From Lingula anatina (Eukaryota > Animalia > Brachiopoda): a stretch of 64,000 bases of DNA. The position numbers and the translations under genes are program-made. The stretch lies in contig CM120642.1 in assembly GCA_051362555.1 (NCBI GenBank), positions 1,302,001 through 1,366,000 of the forward strand. The letters are read 5' to 3'. Under the pieces are notes generated by a model that saw only the letters and a list, made by a program, of their open reading frames with translations, searched no databases and had not been told where the DNA came from. Below are positions 53,636 to 64,000 of the stretch, piece by piece. Each line of letters opens with the position of its first letter. The stretch's first letter is position 1.

Positions 53636-56600
53636 TACAAGTATCAAATGTTAAATCACATTAGCAACACTCACCAGTGACCTTCCATTTAGTATTCTGT
53701 GTCAGGGAATGATGGAGTATAACACTGACAATTATTGTACATTCTCAGCCCACTTTTAAATAAGAACTCTGACATTCCACAACATTTTTGTGACCAAAAT
53801 CCACATTTCATGTTTTCTGGGTGCAATAAATCCTGGGATGTTTTCCCTCCTGAAATATCCGACATCGACACTGTCAGCACAGTTTCAGGATAACAAAGAC
53901 AAATATTGTGGCATTGTGGACATTTAACGGTGAGGCCCTCAACGTGCCACCCAAATGATGTCTTATCAAAGGGGAGAAAGGGGTTGATGGTTCCAATGCT
54001 TTTGAATAATTTTTTTCAGTTTTAATATCAACTTATTTTTTGTCATCTTACTTAACAATAAGGCATACTTAAAGTGATATACATTAAAGTTTGTTAAAAA
54101 GGATAGATTATAGTTATATCTAGTGTATATACCAAGATGATAAAAACCAATGCCACTTAATTTTCATTCATAATTAAATGTTCTGGGACCAATATTCACA
54201 GTAACCCTCTATAAACGGCTTAGAAGATTTCCAGATAAAGGTAAAACATTTTAACCCTGAGATGTGGTGAAATACACTATGGAATAAAGCACCTCATATG
54301 CTAACATTGTCAGCTCTTTTTCTAAATCTCAATTTAACCACTTTCACCCTTAACTGTCTCCCTAGTCGTAACTGTCACCCCTACGTGGAAAAAAAGGTTA
54401 CTCAGGCATTCCAGGTGCTTCTTCATCCACCTGGTAATAATACAGATTATACACCTCTGGGGCACAATTATGATAAAACCAGACCTGGGACAGCAAAACA
54501 GAACTAACATTTTCAGATCCATAGTACTAGGCCTCAAGAATATGTTAATGGGCCCTAGGAAAGTTTACTGTCATCAACCAATTTTGTTGTTCTTTTTTTT
54601 CTTTTAAACAAGAATGCACTGTAGACTGCAGTACTTATGCAGCTGAGAGAAACTTGATGTGAACCATAAATAAGGAAAAAACACATACCACAATTTAGAA
54701 AATTAGAGATATAAATCTTACTAAAATAAACTGTAGGGTCTAAATTTAAGGTCCTAAGGTCTAGGCAGAAAATCCTACCATCTCAGTGGACCAAATCATG
54801 CAAAACAAAGTATTATTTAAAGACATTTAAGTTACATAGACATTTAATGCATATCATCAATTTTAAAATTATACAAATTATGTGCCATTAACAGAAAGTG
54901 AGCTCTCAATAATGTGAAGAAAAACAACAGAACCATGCCTGATACTTCAGGGTAATGAAATTCAAACCTTCCTGACAGAGTTATGAAAAAATACGGGAGA
55001 GCAGCTGTTACCAAAGATACACAGTTTGGTCCAGTAAACATAAAATAAGCATTCTATAGTATCTATAATTCTTATTTCAAGCTATGTTCCAATTGAGGAA
55101 TTATATACTGGAGCTCGGAGTATGATGGGTCCAAGACTGGAGGCTTGTTTTACCACAATAGGTACATGTCCCTCTAAAAAAAAGGTTAAGCTTTTCTAAC
55201 ATTAAAAAACAAAATTTAAAAGATTCTCATTTAAATCACTATGCTATTCCAGCAACCAAAAATTGCACCCATTTACATGAAATAAACTATATGGCAAATA
55301 AATATGAACATACCTCATTGCTCTGAAAAATTCTGGTCAATGGTCAAAGTTTCATCCAATTGGTCAAAACTTTAACAAACATTTCACACCACCAGTTTTA
55401 CCAAAGATTAGCCATAGAAACAACCTCCTTTCTCAAAGCCTTTTAAAATGGCAAAAAAACAAAAATACATCTGACCAAGGGAACCGTGAAATACCAGTTA
55501 CTGTCACAAAATGCTGGGGTGGACACAGACAAATTCATCTATTTTGTCCACCATCATGCAGATGGGCATGCATGAGATTAATATCTGAATTCATTTAGAG
55601 CAACTCAAGTGGTCAGAATACAATGTTAATTGGAACTTTTCATGCTCATTGTACTGGTTTATAGTTTCCATCATGCAATCTGATCTTAAAATGAGGTCAT
55701 GGCAGATTTATTCCTAGTTTGTTGCTAAATTAAAGCCTTTGAAATACTTTTATTTTGGAACAGTGTCACTGAAATGTTTTTAATATTCATTCAAACAAGG
55801 CAGTATATCAGGCATGAATATTAAAAGAGAGAAAATCAGAAAACCAAAATTATTTCAAGGCAAGGCATTGTTCAAGGTTTGTACAAATAGGCAAGCATAT
55901 AACCAATTTCACATGGTCTAGCCTAGGAGATGGACATAGGATCTAGGTGTGTCTTTTGTAAGTTAATGTCATACATATAAAATATTTACATATAATGCAC
56001 TATCAAATAGAAACGGGACCAATGACACTTTTTATTATAACTTTATAATTTTGATTAAATTATTGTAAGAATTTAATCTTTTTGTCCATGAAGTAATGGA
56101 AAAGGAAATCAGAGGATAGGGCACATTGCATAAATTAAGTGAAAAAAGTTACAAAACCATAAAGGTAAACCTAATTTTTGACTTTCTAGTAAGTCATTTG
56201 GCATCACTGAAAACTAAATTTAAATCTAGCACTTTATGGGTTAAACTTAGTAACTGGAGTCCAAAATAATCAGATCTCATTGATGACATTAGCTGTTATA
56301 TTCAAATTTGAGAGTTTCTTTTTTTTTTAACTTCATAAAAATATGTGATTATGAACTGTATTCTTGACACACAATTGTTGTCTTTGGCTGTCTACCTTTT
56401 TTATGTGGAAAAAAGGGCCACATCTGAACATCACCAGTCATTAATCATTAACCTCGTGACAATCAATTAATTCTGCAGCTGGGTTTTACCACATATTTAC
56501 CACAAAGAATTGTAAGTAGTTCCCCCATGACAAGATACATGGTAACTGTGTAAGCCGTCTGAGGTTACTGATTACCCCAACTTACACTATCAATTTAAGT

Positions 56601-56641
56601 AGTGGTCAAAAATCTCAAAGTCACCTTTCTTTACTTCTTTA

Positions 56642-56720
56642 CAAGCCTGTAGTGAGCAATTTCAAAGGGGGGGAGAAGGGGGCTTTTTCTGAAAAAAGTG
56701 GACCAAATTACACCTTTATG
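56642..56720 (-). mobile_element. Partial copy of the CAGGCC element family
   Basis: CAAGCCTGTAGTGAGCAATTTCAAAGGG...TTTTTCTGAAAAAAGTGGACC matches the start of the 5124 copy. Confidence 0.45.
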
Positions 56721-57615
56721 TGACCAACTTGAGAAATGGCGCAGAACCAGGTGCAAATTTCAGAGTGATATTGCTGTTCCTAAGCCTTTCCCTGTTCAAA
56801 CCCACAAGTGTCCTGAACTAATATGTCATGATGACTGTGATTATAGTTTATTACAATAATTTAATAGCAAAAGCCACTGAAGATGCCATTTTCACCCAAC
56901 CTGAAAACCACAGAAGTTATCAGCACATCTGAAGAACACCTGTATTTATTCCTGTCCATGGTCGTAGATCTATACAGTGATATCACAAAATGTCACTTGG
57001 AGACCAGCACACAGGGAGGAAAGAAGAGGCGGATTTCTCTTTTTGGGCCCTTTTCAGATCAAGCGGTATGCTAGACTGGACCAAAGCCCCCCACCCCCAC
57101 CCCCACCCCCCCATGCACTCAAGTCTAATTATTGAACTTGATCACAGGAAGTGAACTTGTAGGGAACTTGTAAAAATGGAGTAAACTCCCCCCTCCCCGC
57201 CTCCAGCATGAAGTTTTACAAAGGAACTTTCAAAGTGGACAGGTCTAGTTAAGTTTATTGCTTGATGTAGAAGGGTCTAAAAAGGCCATTAAAAGAGAAA
57301 TGCAGGTGTTTAGATTTTCTGAAGAGCATAAAAGATAACTTAAGCAGAAAAAGAAAAAAAAATCCTGAACAATAAGACTTGTATATACAAACATTCAATA
57401 AATGTTGCAGCCAAAAGTCACCCTTTCACTGTCACTATCATTATCTTTCTATATTTTAAATCTTGCCTTTACTTTAATTAAATACCATCTGTTATGGATG
57501 CTTTGAAAATTTTACCTGTGCCTTACCAAATCGAAGTTAAATCAGAAAAGATTGCCATATCATAGCTGTCACATATCTAGCCTTTGTTTTTCACAGATTT
57601 CTGCAGGGGTGGAAA

Positions 57616-57751
57616 GAGGCCATCTTCTGGGTCTTCTAGAAGATGGTCAGAATTTTCAAGTTTGCATTGATGGGCATCTAATGTTTTTCTGTTGGTAAAA
57701 AATGGAGGATGGATCAACAAAGATAATTTGGAAGACTGTCGTAAAATATCT
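57616..57751 (+). repeat. Dispersed repeat, copy 2 (~135 bp)
   Basis: Direct imperfect copy of 53183-53323. Confidence 0.85.
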
Positions 57752-60700
57752 GTAAACAAGTGGCGACAATCATGACAAAATTAATATTTTTATATACACT
57801 TCTCCCCTGCATTTAATCTGGATAGCAGTACTTCTCTATGTCACAGATGGCGATAAAACTTACCTCTTTCATAAGTGTATGCAATTATCCTCAAATTTTG
57901 CCTATAACTTTACACCACAAATTAATTAAACTGGTGCTTGTTGTCAATCACCCTGATATCTTAGTTACAATACAACACACTTTTAACACACTAATAATGA
58001 TCTCTTTCAGAGAAATCCATCTTCAATAATTGTCATAATCTTACAACTCAACAATACCAAGAAAGGACTCCTATAGAGGAATCAACACTTCAAGACCATC
58101 TCCCATATGTTGAATAATCCTGAGGCAATGAGGACAATGCACCATACATATCAATTATTCACCAATTACTGCCAATTAGGGGCAACGATCAGACTGTGGT
58201 GTTGAAATGAGATCATGGGATTATTCCACCTTTCAGCTAAGACGTGCTGGCAAACAATAAAAAGATGGCTGTGTCTTAGGAGAAGTTAAGATTACGTTAT
58301 CCATGATCATCCCTACTTCTACCTTAGGTCATTGGTCACATTTCTTGCTTAGACAAAAAGACTGAACTTTCTTCAATCTGGTGATTGGTTAGAGAAAAAT
58401 TATTTGAAAATATTAAAATAGCAATTTTAGAAATACCCAACTGTCTTCAAATGTCTTGTAACAAAGCAAATTTCCCTTTGCATTTGGCCACAAACCTACT
58501 ATGCCAGTTCTTGCATTGTCTGCACTATGGCAAAAGCCATGGACAAAGTGTCACAACCAAGCACAATCATGGCTCACCTAACACACTATTGTATATCCCA
58601 TAATTATCCATGCCCAGGGCTTGGTTATACTTCATATCTTAATTGTCATGATTAAAATTCTCTGTTCGCAGCTTCCATTTCGTCTGCTCGCTTTCTACAC
58701 AGTGTCATTTACTGATTTGACCCAATCATTCTTAGATTTTAGATTAAAGGATTATCTCACCTGAGCTTAGGGTGGGCAATCAGTGGGATAATAGTGGTTA
58801 ATTCCAGGTAGTTGATTTCTTGATCTCTCGGGTCTGGCTAGTATGGACAGCTGGCAACTGGCAGAATGAGATATAGATAAATGACCAAAATACTGTATGC
58901 ACTGAATTTGGATAAAATACTGACCAACTTTTATGTTGTTTTAACTGTTTTGGAGATGAATTGAAATATTTTTGGAAAAGATAAGTTTTAATTTTATCAC
59001 AATTTTAATTAACTAAATTCAAGACCTCAGAACAGTTTTTAAATGAACAAGAAAAATACTGACTAATCATCATTATGATTTTTTAAAAATATTATTAATT
59101 TCTTATTATTATTTCACTAAAATATTTTCACTTAAGATGAAATAGGTGTGAAATAGGTTGTTATGAAATAATCTGTAGTTAATCTGGATGTGTGTTATGA
59201 TCTAAATCCAAATGAAATATTTCACATGAAAATTTCACGAAGATGCCTGTAATCTATTTCAATATTTGTCAGATTAAGTGTTTCTGACTCATTAAAAGTC
59301 TTAATAATCACTGATAATTCCTCCAAGTCAGTGTCCAGTAATGGTCAAATGTTGTAATTACTGGATGAATGGACAAAAGAAATACAGATCAATTCATCTG
59401 CCATGTAAATTAATAGCCAATAAATATCTAATATCAAGTCTGCTGCGTCTCTGCATTCATAAAATCTATAAAACACTGATTAACTACTGTCTCAAGAGCA
59501 CTGTAAATACACTACAAAGAACATATGGACAAGACAAGCCTCTTTTTTCTGTCATGTCTTCAGGGGCTGGAACTAACAATCCATGAAAGAAATGGGCACT
59601 AATGGACAACTCTTGTAGTGACAAAGTTGAACAAAGTACCTTTTTGTTAAACCAGGACTTTCCAAACAGATGGCAAGCAGAAGCCAGTCAAAAGAGGATT
59701 TCTACAAAAATAAAAACTTCTCCAGATGTTGTAATTGTAAAGTCTGATCTTTTGTTGTTTGTTTGTGGCATTGTTTGAAGTGGAGACTATGGGAGAAATT
59801 GGAGAAATTAAACAGACTGGTGAACTGACTGGGGCCTGAGTCAGATGTAAAACATTTTCTGGGTGTACAAAGATGTGTGGATTAAATAACAAAGTGCGCA
59901 GGTGGGGTAACTTTTGAAGAGAGATGAGAAGTGTATTTCTACTACTTCAGTCTGATCAATGAGGTATATAGATTTGATCAAGTGGTGACATGTCTGCATA
60001 CAACACAATCTTGAGAACTTCTTAGAGCCCAAATGAGAGAGATCAGACAACATTAAAGGGAAGATGTATCTTTTAAAGGTTATCTTGAAAAGTGAAGAGA
60101 AAAACTTGACAAACTTGTACTCCAACAAGGGTTTATGGATTGTAATTTTGAGAATTAACCATTTTCAATATATGGCGTAACCTAGCTGGTAATTATGGGA
60201 AAGTTGAAATGTACAGGAAAATAAATAAATTTTTGCTACATATATACAGGTCTGCCACTCATTGTATGACTAATTCAAATGACAATTCTTCTTGCACATG
60301 TGTAAACTGAACTTAGTGCTTGTTGTGTGCTTTTAATAAATAAATCCTAATGCAATCACAAAGACGTTGAAACTTTTATCCTTCATGGCCACTAGTTTGA
60401 TCCCAAGTTTATCATGCTCTTTATCGAGATAAATATTTAGCATATCTGCCAACCATTACTAATCCCCATCTCCACAGCTAACATTACATGTATCAGACCA
60501 CGGGAATCAAGTTTGTGCATCTCAGTTTGAAACTTGGTTGTATAGTTCATGGTTTTAAGACAAATATAATAGGTCCAGAAAAATAACTCCTTCATGGTAC
60601 TGTTATTTACAAATGCCGTTATTGAAAATATACAACTGATAATTATCTGAGTGACCTGGTTTTATAATAAGGTGTGGGCATTGGATGCATGTGTACCTTA

Positions 60701-60758
60701 TCAGAAATACCCTCAACTTTAAAAATTCATGTAAATATTCATGCCACCACTGCCACCT

Positions 60759-60950
60759 GACCGAGTGGCTCTACCGGTAGAGTGCTCGCCTCCCGTGCAG
60801 GAGGTCCAGGGTTCGCTACCTGGGACCGGGTCATACCAGAGACCTCTGTAAAAATGGTACCTGTAGACTGTGTCCTCGCCAAGCACTCGGCATAAAGAGG
60901 ATAAGATACAGGGGGGTTGGCCTGGGTAAATGCCGCTGTTGGATGGTGTG
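60759..60950 (+). mobile_element. tRNA-derived SINE, probably with a Meta/MESC-type central domain
   Basis: A-box TGGCTCTACCGG (60767-60778) and B-box-like GGTTCGCTACC (60810-60820). These are followed by CGGGTCATACCAGAGAC...AAAAATGGTACC...CCTCGCCAAGCACTCGGCATAA, which resembles the MetaSINE core as I recall it. The 3' end is approximate. Confidence 0.8.
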
Positions 60951-61178
60951 GACAGTAAATTAAGTTTAAGTTAATACTGTTCATGATGCTTGACATCACT
61001 GTAAAGCAGGCAAATCATGTGGCTAACCCAACCTTGATCTTTTAGCAATACATAAGTTATAAAATCCAATATGAATTCATTTATTAAATAATGGATCACT
61101 ACCAAAATGTAATTATTTCTAACTTACTGAGTAGTCCATTTCTGACCTATCCTGAAAATTTCTTTAAAATCCATTTAA

Positions 61179-61423
61179 GGGGCCATTCAGAATAAAAGAT
61201 CCCAGTATCAGCTGTCTCTCACATGCCTCCCCACGCGTTATCCCTCGACCGGTCGAATTGATCCAAGATTTAACTACTGTGCCCCAGCAAGGATGACATG
61301 TGGGGAGGCGTGTGAGAGGCGGAAAGACTATTTCAGGATTAAGCGGTTTTCCTGTCATGTAGGGTCCACCATATTTGATTCTTGGATGAGCTGATACTCA
61401 GATCTTTTATTCTGAATGGCCCC
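61179..61423. mobile_element. MITE, PIF/Harbinger (Tourist)-like
   Basis: 35-bp TIR GGGGCCATTCAGAATAAAAGATC(CC/TG)AGTATCAGCT with 2 mismatches. Flanks TAA / AAA (degenerate 3-bp TSD). No coding capacity. Confidence 0.85.
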
Positions 61424-61611
61424 AAAGACTTTTTTTGCATAATGTTGCTAACAGACAAATAGAATCAAAAACATCACTTGTACTTAAAAGTAACTTTGAC
61501 AAGCATCTTAAAAGAGAAATGCCTTCATCCCATTTGTTATATACAATATCATATGGAAGGGCAGTTGGAGAAAGGTTAAGGAAATATTATCTTGTCATTA
61601 TAGGGAAATAA

Positions 61612-61815
61612 GGGCCTGTTCAGAACCAGCTGATCTGCAGACAAACTAGTCAACGGATCAAATATGACAGGACCCACTTGAAAGTATGCCGAGATCTAAT
61701 TGCTCTGCCTCTGCAGATACAGCGCACGTAGGAGGCAGGAATCCATTGTCAAGTGCACACCATATATGATCTGCAGACTAGTTAGTCCCCGGACCAACTG
61801 GTTCTGAACAGGCCC
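61612..61815. mobile_element. MITE, PIF/Harbinger-like
   Basis: TIR GGGCCTGTTCAGAACCAG, perfect over 18 bp and imperfect to ~40 bp. Flanks TAA / TAG. Confidence 0.85.
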
Positions 61816-61920
61816 TAGGTTTCCTAAACAATTCATCAATAAATAATTTCTCCTAAAGTCAGCCATTTCTAGTTACATTGACAGGGCAGTGCCAGGCTAA
61901 CCTGACTTGCAAGCTCACAA

Positions 61921-61995
<75 letters not shown>

Positions 61996-61999
61996 GATA
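61921..61999. repeat. (GATA)n microsatellite
   Basis: About 19 ATAG units with one interruption. Confidence 0.95.
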
Positions 62000-63169
62000 T
62001 AACCATTAGGAAAACCTTAAGAAAATGCATGTAACATTAAGAGCAGAAAGTGTGATGTTTAACCTTGTACCTTTTCCCATTACAGACACTTAGCATTCAT
62101 CGCTATCTGACATTTAAACCACTCAGCAGGCACACTCAGACAAGGAATGCTTCAAACCAGAAATAGAACAAAATAGGGAATTCAGATAACCTGATTTCTT
62201 AAAGACAATAGGGTCTTCTTAATGTGGTCAGTCAAAGATGTGAGTTGTCAGGATTATTTCAAGGTGATTCTGGTTTGAACGGACATCTATCCTTTTACTT
62301 AAACTGTCAGAAATTTGATGAAAATAGGAGTCTTCTAATGCTTTGGCAATGCCTTGGGAAAGCTGCAATATTATGACTTACAGTGAGGAAAAACAACTGA
62401 ATGACAAAGCATAATGAACAGGAAGATGGCAGAAATTAAAAGAAAGGTCATTTTCTTTGAGGCATACATTGTGCTTATGTTTCTTTTTCTTTCTTACAAT
62501 TTTAAGCTGAAAATATCAAGTTGAAGGCAAACACATCAAAATAATTGTGTAATAACTAATATTAAATGAAGCAAATGTCTTTTATTTTTTGAATCATTGA
62601 GCTAAGGATATCATTAAAACCTGAATTTGCCTATTTACAAAAATCCATTCCCATAATGCAAGCTTTTGAAGCAGGCAGTTCTACATAAGGGGTCCAGGAG
62701 AAAGATAATACAACAACCAAATATACAGATTTTAAAATAAATCTGTAACCTCCATTAGGATGAATAATTTTTGAAAATAAAATAATAAAAAGAAAACAAA
62801 ACCAAACAAAAACTACTCAGAAAGATTAACTATGGCACACACTGTAACACTGACCGAGTCATTTATTAATTCATGAATAACGCACACTACACACTCTTGT
62901 GAAAGATCCTCATTCCCAGTGTCTGTAGGATTGACACCCACCTGTGGTGTGCTTAATGGGGCCTTAAATGACCATTGTCCAAACAGATCAATATCTCACC
63001 CCAGGCCAGACCAAACTTCCTGGACATTTAACCTTGACCATTTTGAATACAGCCAGCCTCAGGTTATAGACTGTTAACAATCAAATACGGTGTTCATATA
63101 CAGGTGATGTTCAATGTTGTATTAACTAAAAAGTTGCTTTAACACTGATCTCCTATATTATACACATAA

Positions 63170-63260
63170 CAGGCCTGCAAACAATAGAGGTTCAGGGGGA
63201 GGTCGAAAGAACAGCTCTTTCTGCCAGAAAAGGTTCACTCTGAATTCAAATTTGACCTAG
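63170..63260 (+). mobile_element. Partial copy of the CAGGCC element family
   Basis: CAGGCCTGCAAACA...GGGGGAGGTCGAAAGAAC..CTTTCTGCCAGAAAAGGTTCACTCTG aligns with the left arm of 63367. Confidence 0.45.
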
Positions 63261-63366
63261 GTTGATAAGCCATTTCTCAAGTTGGCTGAAAGGGGAATCA
63301 AGTCATTTAAAGACAAAATGCTGGACTCTTTAAAAACATCAAACCACTTTAATTTTTCTCAGATCT

Positions 63367-63537
63367 CAGGCCCGTAGCCATGGGGTGGGGGGGGTTCTAA
63401 AGAACCTCCTTTTTTGTCTGGAAAATGTTCATTCTGGGTTTAATTTTTTAGGTACACAAAGGTTTCATTTTAAAAGGTCTTATTTTTTCAAAAAAAAAAA
63501 AAAAAAAAACCTTTTGAAATTGCTGGCTACAGGCCTG
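63367..63537 (+). mobile_element. Short non-autonomous DNA element with CAGGCCYGTAGCCA TIRs (hAT-like termini)
   Basis: 14-bp TIR CAGGCCCGTAGCCA ... TGGCTACAGGCCTG with 1 mismatch, a G-rich left arm and an internal poly-A. No clean 8-bp TSD. Confidence 0.75.
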
Positions 63538-64000
63538 GGTCTCTTGCATGTCCAGGAAGACAAGTATAACCATCACCAGTGGCAAGACAGAAGATCAATT
63601 TCCAACAAAAATACCAGACCAAACTCCCTGCAGCATGTGAGGACAGCCATCATTTCCCTGTCAATGTCATGAACTGCACACAATGATATAAATGCCGTTA
63701 TAAGAAACTTTACCTAAAGACCACTTACAGATTGCAATCAATTTTTTTTCTTTTGTTCAGGTTTCAACACTGTCAAAGTTCTTTTTAATCAATGACTTGT
63801 TGATCAAACTTTAATGTCTGTATGTTTACTAATTACTTTGAAACCCACACTGCAAACATTTCAAAAAGTAATATAAGAAAGATAGACTAAAGATATTGAC
63901 TGCACATTGAGCACTTGTATGTGTGGTGTAGACAGTCAACAAAATAGCTAAAACCAAAAGAATAAAATGTACTAGCTATTTTTCAGTAGTACCATTTTTA

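Noticed and set aside
53676-53849. Possible further UTR exon (donor CTG|GTGAGT)
   Set aside because: Weak acceptor pyrimidine tract; an isolated donor is expected by chance in 64 kb.
60759-60830. Functional tRNA gene
   Set aside because: Degenerate T-arm and acceptor stem, and it runs into a SINE body rather than a T-run terminator.
1-64000. Most six-frame ORFs (60-140 aa)
   Set aside because: Short, with F/L/I/K-rich composition expected from AT-rich non-coding DNA. Many use non-ATG starts and none shows a recognisable domain. Only 28102-28296 and part of 21406-21834 overlap real exons in frame.
1-64000. Prokaryotic systems (CRISPR, defence islands, operons)
   Set aside because: No long ORFs and no repeat-spacer array with constant repeats. 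Spliceosomal introns, a SINE and microsatellites indicate a eukaryote.

Overview
AT-rich, gene-poor eukaryotic (metazoan, probably invertebrate) genomic DNA. It is not prokaryotic: there are no operons, rRNA or CRISPR arrays, and most of the six-frame ORFs are chance ORFs. Reading splice signals on the minus strand by hand gives five phase-compatible coding exons (28110-28296, 25424-25723, 21525-21767, 4307-4454, 757-816). They join into one uninterrupted ~312-aa reading frame that runs off the left edge. From recalled motif similarity it looks like the N-terminal intracellular domain (ICD) of a teneurin (Ten-m/Odz). The 17-kb intron holds candidate alternative first exons, and the 35 kb upstream holds candidate non-coding 5'UTR exons. 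The rest is intron or flank with a tRNA-derived SINE, several MITE families, tandem duplications, microsatellites and motif clusters. The most unusual feature is a four-unit degenerate tandem array that copies an exon 3' end together with its splice donor (3720-4380). I found no evidence for a wholly new biological system; the findings are hypotheses about isoform and regulatory architecture.
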